Positions 1 to 11,073 of a stretch of DNA of 62,000 bases are shown one piece after another. The stretch spans positions 68,382,567 through 68,444,566 of the forward strand of contig NC_057719.1 of NCBI RefSeq assembly GCF_004010195.1, read 5' to 3'. The notes under the pieces were generated by a model. It was not told the DNA's origin. It worked only from the letters and a program-made list of their open reading frames with translations, and did no database searches. The stretch's first letter is position 1. Every line of letters starts with the position of its first letter. A program made the position numbers and the translations under genes. Origin of the DNA: Chiloscyllium plagiosum (taxonomy: Eukaryota).

Positions 1-561
1 CCTTGGCCAGTATTGTTCTTTCCATGTCTGTGAGCTGTCAGTGGGAGAGGTTTCCAACCCACGAGTGTGTTGTGGTGTCCTCTCTGTTGTGTGTTAGTTT
101 GGCCATTTTTTCTTTTAGTGCCGTTTTTTTGCGGTATGTGGTCCTGTTCTGTCCTATGGTGACGGCCTGTTCTATGGTCTGGATCCATTCCTCATTGGTG
201 GTTTTTGAAATTAACGATTTTTGGCACGCAATTTCTTGTCTGTATTTGTATAGTCTGTTGTGTGCGTCTGTAATCATTACCTGGATCATCCTGAATCCGT
301 TCTGTCTGGCTGTGTCTCTGGCTTGTGGGTTGTTGACTGGTGGTCTGTATCTGACACATGGTGGAAGGATTCGATTCTTTCGGCATTTGTGCAGGAACCG
401 GAGTTGTTTGTATATGGCGCTTAGGCTGTTGGCACACGATTCCCATTTCCTGGCTTGTCTTAGCATCTCTCACCCGTAGGTGTTCAAAGTTTGTGAGAAG
501 ATTTGTAGCTTGGGTGCTTGTTGTTGTGGTTCTGTTCGCCGAGCTGGAAATTTGTGTTGCA
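1..561 (-). mobile_element. Penelope-like element (Poseidon-type), 5' part with N-terminal ORF region; runs off the window start
   Basis: ORF 38..466(-) resembles a PLE N-terminal domain (LRFLHKCRKNRILP...WVGNLS). 519-561 is the reverse complement of the post-HHR tail at 1356-1395. Confidence 0.75.
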
Positions 562-1395
562 CAACACACTTCATAATTCAACAACAATCAACGCTATACT
601 CACAGGAATCAGATTCACTAGAGAGGAAGAAAAGGACAACCAACACCCATTCCTAGACGTGATGGTACAGAGAACACCGAGCGGAGAATTCACCACAAAG
701 GTACACAGGAAAGCCACACACACAGACCAAGTCCTAAACTACGAAAGCAACCACCCCAACACACACAAAAGAATTTGCATCAAGACACTGTTCAAAAGGG
801 CCACAACACACTGCAGTAGACCTGAACTGCAAAAAGAGGAAGAAGAACACCTCTACAATATATTCGCCAAAAACGGATACCTCTGCAATTTCATCAAGAT
901 ACCTAAGGGAAAGACAACGGAATGAGGACATGCCACAACCGAAAGGATTAGCCATGTTACCATACATAAAGAACATTTCTGAACTGACAGCCAGACAACT
1001 ACAACCACTAGGACTCATAACAGCACACATCCAACAGCCACTCTCAGACAACAACTCACCAGGACAAAGGACCCGATACCCAGCATGAGCAAAACCAATG
1101 TGGTGTACAAAATCCCATGCAAGGACTACACAAAACACTACACAGGACAAACAGGGCATGGCACTCATCCACAGATCCTATCAACAAACACATTGACCTG
1201 GACCCAATATATCGACCACTGCAGTGGACAGCAAGAACTGACAACCGGAAGCGGCAGAGACAAACCACGAAAAATGCCGGAGGAAACAACACAGAAGCGC
1301 TTCACAGGAGGCTCCCAAGCACTGAGGATGTCACCTAGACAGGGGACGAAACATCTGCAACACAAATTTCCAGCTCAGCAAATAGAACTACAACA
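562..1395 (+). mobile_element. Penelope-like element (Poseidon-type), inverted 3' part: RT thumb, truncated GIY-YIG endonuclease, 3' UTR with HHR
   Basis: ORF 518..925 has IRFTREEE..HPFLDV..TKVHRKATHTDQVLNYESNHP..KNGY (PLE RT C-terminus). ORF 1085.. has KTNVVYKIPC..YTGQTG (GIY-YIG). Internally deleted and frameshifted. Confidence 0.9.
1319..1358 (+). ncRNA. Minimal type I hammerhead ribozyme motif (PLE-associated)
   Basis: gca-CTGAGGA-t-gtcacct-agac-aggggac-GAAAC-ATC-tgc. Stem I gca/tgc; predicted cleavage after 1355; the usual GTC reads ATC (CpG-type change). Confidence 0.75.
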
Positions 1396-1399
1396 GATT

Positions 1400-3100
1400 T
1401 TGTATTAGCTGATTATTATTTGGAATATATTTGTCCCACAGACTTTCCAAGATCAAACATCTTACAAGGTGGAGTCATATGTTACATGCATGATATACTG
1501 ATCCATGGGGAAACAGCTGAAGAGCACGTTCACGGAGTGTGCACAGATTAAAAATGTTTCCAAGATGAATGACTTTCTCTCAATGATGAGTGTGAAGTTT
1601 CCAAAGGGTTGTTTCTTGCGACATGTTATGAGTAGTGAAGACGCAATGGTCAAAACATTCCCAGAAGACAAAAGCATAAATCCTGACTCCAAAGCCAGTC
1701 CATGGTTTTTAAAGATTCTTGGATCTGGTGAAATTAGTTGGCGAAATGTTTGCTGAACTGCACAACCCCCCAAGGAGACACTAATATGGCGTTGGAATTC
1801 GCTTTGAGAGAACTCATTTTGGAAGGTTATAAAATGTCGGCATATTCAGATTTCTTAGTGCATTATAATCCTTTAATTCCTTTGATAATAGCAGCTGATA
1901 CTTCATTTTCAGGATTAGGAAGACCACACACCTCCTGGAAAACTGGATGGGTCTATTCTGTTTCAAAGAGTTACGAGATGTATAATTGCAATATGTGTGA
2001 TTGAGAAGAAGATGCCTCTTTGACATAGGCTTGCAAGAGATTTTCTGAAGATATCATTGATTTAAAGGTGCACATTGAAACAGATCACAAACCTTTTAAG
2101 TTTTCTATTGGAAAAGAAGCAGAATGCCTCTGAGATACAAAGATTTTTACTTTGTCTCATGAGATTGGCTTATGAAATAGTCTACATAGAGGGAAAACTG
2201 CAGAAGACAGCAGATGTGCTACCAGTCATGGTATAGATTTCATCCAAAATATTTGAGCCATGCACCTGGTCCATGGTGGCACAATGGGCTTAGGTAAATT
2301 TGACAAGAGCAAATAAGAGACATCTGCTGATACTGCACTGCGGGCTGGCCACATCAAAGGCTTAGCAGTGTGACCATCAAAATATGCTTTGAATACAGGA
2401 AACGTTTCACCATTGTTGAGGACATAGTTTGTGTATCATAAGGAACATGTCATCCCTGCTTAACTTTGAGAGTGTATCTTTGGGAAATTGCACCAAAGAC
2501 ATTTGGAAATCATCAAGTTCCAGGCTGGAGCTCAGTTGCAATTGTGATGGCCTGAGATCGCCATCTCATGGCCAATTGTTAGACATGTGTCATCTAGAGA
2601 CCAGACCATAAAGTCTCATTAATACCCATCAAATTCTCTACTAGACCTTGGGAATGAGTGGGGACAGGTTTTTTTTATCAATAGAAAGTCTTATCTCGTC
2701 ATCAACTATTTCTCTTCATGGATTGAAGTTAGGGAGTTGCATCTGGTGACTGTGAAAATAATTATCCATGTGTTAGGCAAGATTTTCACCATGTATGACA
2801 TACGTGATATAGTTGTTTCAGATAATGTGCCCAATTCACGAATGAGGTTTCAGCCATTTTACTGGCAGTTTTGGATTTGAGCATGTCACAAGCTATGGCA
2901 GTACCTACAATCTAGTGGAAGAAGAATGTGGAGTCAGAATGGTTAAAGCACTCTTGAAAATGAATTGTGACATCTACACAACACGGAGAACTGTTGAATT
3001 ATTGGTCCAGTCCATGTCATACCAATCTAGTCCAAAATTAACAGAGCTTCTGAGGGGCTGAAGGCTGAGGATTCATCTCCCTATCCTGCATTAAAAAATG
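1400..3100 (+). pseudogene. Decayed Ty3/Gypsy pol (RT-RNase H-integrase)
   Basis: GVICYMHDILIHG at ~1471 (YxDD motif), HYNP..IIAADTSFSGLG at ~1860-1920, HIETDHKP at ~2070, RPWE at ~2643, VSDNVP at ~2815; many stops and frameshifts. Confidence 0.85.
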
Positions 3101-3306
3101 CAGACTGAAGTAAATACCACCCACTGGATGATGTCATGGGATCTTTGTCAGAGTACAGAAGGAGCTTAGAAGAAACAGACCTGCGGCTCGTGTGCTCCTA
3201 ACAATGTCTGTACTAATGTAGGTTATAGACATGTAATTAGATACAGTAACGCAAGAAACTTCATTGTTTACTTGACAAGATTGATCCAGGTAGACCAGAA
3301 ATCTGA

Positions 3307-3657
3307 CCATAAGATCGTAACAAAGGAGCAGAATTAGACCATTTAGCCCATTGAGTCTGCTCCGCCATCTGAGCTGAGCTGTTTCTCAAGCCTGTTCTCC
3401 TGCCTTTTCCCAATAATCTTTGTTCCCCTTACCAATCAATCTAGCCTAGAAACATTAGCTTGTTCTCTCTCCATGGATGCTGCCTGACCCACTGTAATCT
3501 CCAGCACTTTTTGTTTTCAGTATTGATTCCAGCATCAGCAGTAATTTACCCCTACCTGTCTATCTCTGTCTTAAATGCACTCAATGACTTTGCCTCCACA
3601 GCCCCCTGCAGCAATGAGTTCCACAAAGTCACCACTCTCTGGTTGAAGAAATTCCTT
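3307..3657 (-). mobile_element. CR1 LINE 3' end, interrupted by a PLE tail fragment (~3446-3550)
   Basis: ccataag..ggagcagaattagaccatttagcccattgagtctgctccgcc is the reverse of a CR1 3' UTR; the inner gaaac..gatgctgcctgacc..ttccagcatcagcag matches the PLE tails elsewhere in the window. Confidence 0.7.
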
Positions 3658-3664
3658 TAAAAGC

Positions 3665-3900
3665 CACCTTGGGCGATTGTCTGTATGGAGTTTGCATATT
3701 CTGCCCATGTCTGCATGGGTTTCCTCCAGGTGCTCCGGTTTCCTCCCACAATTCAAAGATGTGCAAGTCAGGTAAATTGGCCATGCTAAATTGTCCATAG
3801 TTGCATTATTAAGGGGTAAATATAGGCTAGGAAATAGGTCTGGATGGGTAACTCTTTGGAGGGTCGGTGTGGACTTGTTGGGCCGAATGGCCTGTTCCCA
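3665..3900 (+). mobile_element. HE1-type V-SINE, 5'-truncated
   Basis: V-domain ggagtttgcatattctgcccatgtctgcatgggtttcctccaggtgctccggtttcctccca plus CR1-derived tail. Confidence 0.9.
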
Positions 3901-4235
3901 TAATGGGGGAGAAGATGGTGTACGAGACTAAGTTAATTAGGTAATATAAAAGAAAATTGTAAGTGTTTTTGTTCAATATCCAAAAGGTAAAAGAGAGGCA
4001 AGAGTGCACATTGGACCACTGGAAAATGAGGCTGGAAAAATAGTGATGGGGAACAAAGAGATGACAGAGGAACTAAATAGGTACTTTGCATCAGTTTTCA
4101 TGGTGGAAGACACTAGTAGCATACCAGAATTTCAAGTGATTTGGTGATGTGGGTGGGGTGTGGGGAGGTAAGTAGTAGTGGCCATCACTTAGAAGAAGGT
4201 GTTGGGGAAGCTGAAAAGTGGATCTCCTAATCCAG
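3900..4235 (+). mobile_element. CR1 ORF2 internal fragment
   Basis: Encodes KREARVHIGPLENEAGKIVMGNKEMTEELNRYFASVF. Confidence 0.8.
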
Positions 4236-4571
4236 GTTAGATTGCTTTGGGTTTGAAGGAAGCCACAAACAACAGTACAGTTGCTATAGTTGTCCAGATA
4301 GCTGATGTGGGCCAGGTTGGTGCCAACAGGGTTCAATTCCTGATGCCTTGCCATGCCCATAGATGTAATTGTGGCCTTTGTGCTGAGAACTGAAGTTATG
4401 TCACACGAAAGGATTGAATAATGGACAAACAATGCAAACTGCCACTGTTTCAGATTTTTAATGTGATCTTCATATATGTTTTAATGGGATGAAAGATTGT
4501 TATTATATTACCACTTCTCTGAATTTTAGGCTGGGCAACATTTTGAAAAAGGCATGAAGGATGGTGGAGGC

Positions 4572-4836
4572 ATGAATTAGGAAATCAACTTTATAGCTTC
4601 CCCAGCACCTCCTTCTAAGTGATGCCCACTACGATTCTACCACCAACACATCCCCCCACCCCCTGAGTTCTCTTGAACGTCTGGTATGCTACTAATGTCT
4701 TCCACCATGAAAACTGATGCAAAGTACCTACTTTGTTCCTCTGTCATTTCTTTGTTCTCCATTACGACTTTTCCAACCTCATTTTCCAGTGGTCCAATGT
4801 CCACTCTTGCCTCTCTTCTATCTTTTGGATATTGAA
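4572..4836 (-). mobile_element. CR1 ORF2 internal fragment, inverted copy of 3972-4235
   Basis: ORF 4637..4933(-) REARVDIGPLENEVGKVVMENKEMTEEQSRYFASVF. Confidence 0.8.
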
Positions 4837-5569
4837 AGAAAATGGTAGAGGTGTATTTAGGAAGCCTAAAATATTCACAAGGTTCTACACCAATAAGAAT
4901 ACATGAAGCATATGCACCAGCCTCACAACACACTCGACATAAAATACTGTACCCCTCAGTTCTCAGTATAAACGTCTATTGAAAATGGCACATCTCTGGC
5001 ACATATCTGCTACATCACTCCTCATTTGCGACTGATTTGCTACCAATGTCCATAAAGTAAAATACATTAGCTGTGTTCCTTGTACAGACAGAGATCCATA
5101 TCAGATAAGAACCTACAAGGTTCAGAGGGTGAGAAATCAGACCTACCCAAGACAGAAGACTCACCTGTTTTATTCTTATTGAAGATTTATTTCAATATTC
5201 AAAATATTTTGAGGAACCGGCTATTTCTTGTGCTCTGCATTGTGCCACCATTTTGCAAGACCTATCTTTGAGTGCTAAACAAAAATACTCCGTGCACCAA
5301 GCCTTCAAGCAGTGAACAATTTACTCAGAGGTTGCTCAAAGTTATGGGACTTTTGGCTGCTAATGTATTTGTCCACATGTTTTTTTTCCACTCCTGGCAT
5401 TCCTCAAAGGCACTGACTGTTTCCTGGAACTTCGGTCACTCTCTGAGCTATCAGACATTTTTTGTCTGTAATCTTTGCCAGTGATTGTCATTGCGCCATT
5501 TTCTTAATAGAACCAGACACATTTGTGCCTCATGCAGTTGACTTTACTCAAGGCTGAGCAAGACAGATC

Positions 5570-5710
5570 TTGAAGGGAGTTGAGAGTTGATGAGCAACAG
5601 ACAGGAAAGTGCAGGAAGAGCACAATCTGATCTGCCATGATTTTATTGGACTAAGGAAAAGGTTTGAAATACCAACTGGTGTACTCCTGTTTCTATTTCC
5701 TATGCTCTAT
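5570..5710 (+). mobile_element. Old CR1 3' UTR relic
   Basis: gatctgccatgat...tactcctgtttctatttcctatg resembles the CR1 ends at 49090-49170 and 53600-53685. Confidence 0.55.
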
Positions 5711-8700
5711 TGTTCTTTATTCACACATTTCCTTCTTGAAATGGACACTGGATAGGAACAGTGGAAAATTAGGGCAACTGTAAAAGGTGATGAAGAGTAG
5801 CAGAACTTGTTAATTTTGCCTATCCAAGAACTGCTTGGACTGAATTTAGTACTCCAGTTATCCCTTCGGCGAAAGGTCTTAAATCAACAGCAAGAATAAG
5901 TAAAATATAAATCTCCTGTGTTTGTGTTGACTACTCACATAAATAAAATCCAATGAGTCATCATAAAAGTGTTAAATTTGGATTCAAATACATCTCATTT
6001 ACATACAAGCAAGATGGCGGGATAAACTGAATTGTCCATCTAACCTGTTCCAAACAACTGTAAAGCTTGGTGCACCACAATAATGTACACATCTCATTGT
6101 GGTTGACTGTTGAACCATCTGGGAGAAGTTAATATGACAGATGAACATTGCTAACTCAATATTGGAGGAAAAAGGCTGAAACTTGCCTCTCTAACCTCCA
6201 TAGATGATCAAACTTAGTCTAAGAGATGACACAGGCCATAATTAGTATCATACAGAACCAAACATTTGTAAGAATGGTTCTCTCTACAGACCCAGGTCTT
6301 GGTTAACGTAAGTCAACATTCACCACACAGGCTGATAGTCATTCCTAAGGTTCATTGCTCCTTGGCAAACAGAAACACCCCGGACAATCTAACCTGTTTT
6401 GTAAAGATTGAGACTCTGCTCTCTCATTCTCCCTAACCTATTTAGTGGAAAAAAATTGCCTCCACAAACAGATCTATTCTCTTCATCATCTTATAAACCA
6501 AGATCAAATCATTCTTTCGAGTCCCAGCTCCTTAAGCCTATCCAAATCAAACCAACTTTTCCTTCATGTAATTTGAAATCTAATAAAATGATAAATCTGC
6601 CATTAGCGTTTTTTCATTGTGAGACAGTTTACTTTGCTTTGGCAACTGTAATCAGGGCATGACGGATTGCTACATTTGGTATGGGTATAGTTTCATCTGC
6701 CACACCCAAATATCTTGTACAATGCATAATCTCATAATGCTTCCAAATGTCTTTCTTTATGTGGTGTTTATTGGTAGTTTCAGTGGGGATGTCCAATATC
6801 TCAATCGTCAATTGCCTTTCGTATCTGTCCCTCTGCAAGGTTCATTTGAACTAATGACGTCACATTATTTCATATATTTACTCAAAGTGAGATGAAGTGC
6901 TACTTAGAGTGAACTGTCTTTCTCAAACACAATGTAATGTATGTGTATTGTAATGCTACAATTCATTGCCTTTTTAGCCTCCAAGTGTTAAGATCATTTC
7001 TTCCAAGAGTTGCACTCGATACAATTGCAGTACTTTATGTTATGTAGGAAGATTAGATTAAACCACCCTACAAATAAAATATTTCTCTATGGTTTAACTC
7101 ACATTATGTAATATTTGCAATTTATAGTCAACTAAAGTCTCATTATTTTATTGCAGTAATACTTAAGTTACTGGTATGTAATCTAAAATGTTATTTTTAT
7201 AGTTCCTGTTTAAATTATGGAATTACAGATGTGCACTAATAGAGGTTATAAATAATGATTTTACTGTAAGCTCTTTTCAGAATGGTCATTTTCACTCCCT
7301 TGATAAATGATGAGGGAGAGAACTGTTTTCAGAAAGATTGCAACTGAGCCATCAAATTCTCATCTCAATAAATAAAGCAATATAGATAGTACTAACATAG
7401 TAAATATTCAGTACTTTTTCTTCACCCAGACTCTAGACCATATGGACAGAAATGCTCGACCACAAAATTACTTTTCAGTTCCCATAATACAAGTGTTACA
7501 CTTGTATATTACAATTGAGAAAATTCCATAAATAATCTATATTTCCCTTATAGTGCTTTGTACATTATGAAGCAGTGACATTGAATTTTGAATGTAACTT
7601 CCCTCAGGTGGTATTTTTGCATTATATCTCTAGGAAAGATGATCCTTATCCCAAAGCAGTTACATTGTAATTTTACAACACTCTCCTAACATTATTTAAC
7701 TGTTCTGCTGACACAAACCTTTTATTTAGTTTTGAACAAAACCACTCCAAGATGGAATAAACCTTTGTGGTATTTCAGCTGACATTGCCATTACTGCCCT
7801 GTTACTTCTGTGCCTTTTGTAACATTCTGGATCTGTCTGGCATCATGCCGTTTACAAAAAGGCCATCTCTGCAAATGTATTTTGAGTAACAGAACAGTAA
7901 ATCAAATTAGTGACAGAATGAAGCTCTTCACAAAAACATAAGAGCAGTGTGTTGGTTTATTGCAGAATGTGAAAAGCATATTAAAGGAGAAAAGACTTCT
8001 TTTGTTCTCCTGACTTTTATCTTGTACACATTTAAATGCATAACTGCTCACTCCAGACACACCAGTGCTTAAGTCATAAAGTATTAAACAGGTTTACCAG
8101 AATCATTAAAGCCACCCAGACAGAGTGTATGAGTTGTGGTCCATCCGCTAGGTTAATTTCCTTTTAATAACAGAGTTTCAAAGTGCTCTATTTCTCAAGA
8201 ATGTTCTATTAATAAAAATTCCTGCCTACTGGAAAAGCTAAGTTTTCTGTAATGAAAAGGATGAAACAATAGCTTCTTTATTAAAGCAGAGGCCCAAATC
8301 GAATGGCTTCATGATATTTGTAAAATATTTAATCTTGATTTTCTCGTCATGTTATTGCCTCTGGTCCCAGTGCTCAGTATGCACTCCGAGATCCTGCCCT
8401 GGGTATTGGAACCTCTCCTGCCATGTGTAAATCTGGAGTATGAAACCACAATCTGCTTTGTCAGCTTCCTTTAGCAAAATCTATTGCATGTTGCAGATAC
8501 ATCCTGCTTTTGCCTTTGTAGCAGGTTTTAGACCACAATAACCATCATCAGTTAAAGCAACCAGATCCATTACATTTCCTCTATTTCTACAGATCCACAT
8601 TAGGCTAATATTATCTATTCCCAAAGTGAAAAACCTTCCAGCTGCCATCAATTATTAATACCTTGCTTGCAGCTAATGTTTTGTTTGAATTATTTAAATG

Positions 8701-10707
8701 TATCTTCATTTATCAATAAACATAAAATGTTAAACAAAGAATACTAATGAAGGACATAAATTAGATCATAAAATTTATGGTATTATTTACTGTGCACTCT
8801 TTGATTTATTAATGCCATATTTCAAATAATTAGGTCGTTGTTTGACTAACATTTATTTATTTGAATTGAGATCATTATGTAGTTTTCAGAAGCATTTTGT
8901 ATGTAAACCTCTCTGAACTATGGCATACGTTAGTTTAAAATGATTGTTATTTGCTTTATGCATATTTTAAAAATCAATTTATATATACAGAACACAGGAG
9001 CAGCCCAGTATCTTTAACTTTGGGTATTTCACCTGATAGCATTTGATTCGGGTCTAACTTGCTATGCCACTGGGCAATCTCTATGTGGATAAGCTGATTA
9101 CATTATTGGAGAAAGTGGGACTGGGAACAGTGGAAAAGGTTCAACTGGCACCTATCCACCTGTCTATGTCTGCCATTTCCATTGGAGTGGAAAGAATGAG
9201 AGTGCTCAATTTGTAGGGAGGAAAATAAATGACAAAGGAATTTTGCTCATCTCTGCATGTAATTCCATCTTAAAAAAAACAAATTTCACAAATTAAACTT
9301 TGCTAAAAATGAATTATTTTTAGAAGCTAAGTAAGTTTATGTTCATTTCAAATGTTAATTAACAGCATCTTGGGGTTTCCGCATTCAATCAGTGGTTTTG
9401 TCTGTCACCTCAAGCATTAGAGAGGTTGTGGCATGAATTAAAAAGTCACTCACAACTACAAGTTTAAGGATCTCCTGCTCTCTGACCCTGTCTTTGTTTC
9501 TTCCAGAAGATGCAAAAAAATGTCAAAATTAAAACTCAGATGCAGATGCTGCCTCTTCAACAGTGACCTCTGCTGCTATATTCAACCATAGTTCCAATGG
9601 AATGCTTTATTTTCCACCCCCGTGCCATCTTCTGATTGTTGCTGCACATCAATCCTAAACATTTTTCATGTTCAATGCTCAAGAAGTGCAGAATTGCAGT
9701 GGACCAGGACAATTGCAGACAATTGGGTCATTAATGTGCTCAGTAAGTTGTGAATTTAGTCAGTTTAAAATGGTGGGCCAGCTACCAACTCCTCTGTCCT
9801 TCACCTTCTATTATTTTGGAGATTAGCGGAACACCAATATGACCAGCCTATGATTAACTTATGCAACCATCATCGCATCCTGCTTTAAGTCTGTTCGGAG
9901 AGAGCAGCTGTCCTTTCTGGTTTGCAAATGTAAAATCCAAACCCATGAATTTTCATAATGCTTGCTGCCCACTGTCTTCCTTCACAAGGGAATATATCTT
10001 CATGATATAACAAAGATAATGACGGTATAAAGTTTATTTTCTGACCTGAAGATTTTGCATACTAAGGTGGTGATGCTGCAATGTGATATGACTGTAGCAT
10101 TAAAGTAACAATGCACTCAATACAGAAGAGGATGTCAAAGAGTTCCAGAAGCATTCTGGACCAGAAAGAAGCTATTCAGCCCTTGTGTTTGCACCAGCTC
10201 TTTAAATACACTGTTACCTCCTGTCAATTTCCTGCTTTCTCCTCACACCTTTGGACGTAATTTGTATTTAAGTAACCATCCAATGCCCTCTTGAATGCAA
10301 CAATTGAATGTTTGTTTCACAGTTTTCTTTAATGACAATGCTTTCCCTCTATGTTTCTAGTCCTCTGTCATCCACCAGGGTAAAAAGGAAAAGTAAAATT
10401 GATAATTAAACCAAAGAACACCCAGTTATTTCTTCAAGATTGGTAGATTTTCAAAGAAGGAAATATCCATTTTCTGCTGTGCAAAGTTAAATTGCTCTTG
10501 TAGTAATAAGTTCATTTATTGAGGAGGAATGAGTTCAACTGTGAAACAACCAGCACTTTGGTGATGGTTTTACTTTCAAATTGTATTTTACTGTCTTTGT
10601 TACATTAAATAACTTGTGTTAATGGGAATAAAATATCTGGAAGTAAAGGCTCTCCTGGCAACTAGCTATCCACAAAAGTGTTCTTAAAATTCAATCTTTC
10701 ATCCAGA

Positions 10708-11073
10708 CTTCCAGTTGCCTACCCTAACTCTATAACAATGGCTTTGTATTTGCTCTCATTTCCCTCTGTTAAGCATTTCAAAATGTTTCTCTCCGATATG
10801 CGAACTACTAAAGTACAGGATTGTTTTATCCTATTGGCTGTGCTTGTCACACAACAGGATTGATCAGGATTGAATGAAGTTCAAAATAAACTGCAAGTTG
10901 CTTCCCCTGACTCTATAAATATGGCTTTGCATTTGTTCATATTTCCCTCTGTTAAGCATTTCAAAATATTTCTGTCCGATATGGGAACTATTTAAATACA
11001 GGTTCATTTTTTCCTATTGGCTGTGATTGCCACACAACAGGATTGATCAGGATTAAATGAAGTTCAAAATAAA
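10708..11073. repeat. Diverged tandem duplication, 2 x 183 bp
   Basis: ctctataa at 10728 and 10911; ...ggattgatcaggatt(g/a)aatgaagttcaaaataaa ending at 10890 and 11073. Confidence 0.95.

Noticed and set aside
4285..4400. B-box-like ggttcaattcc, possible old SINE
   Set aside because: No clear A box or family match.
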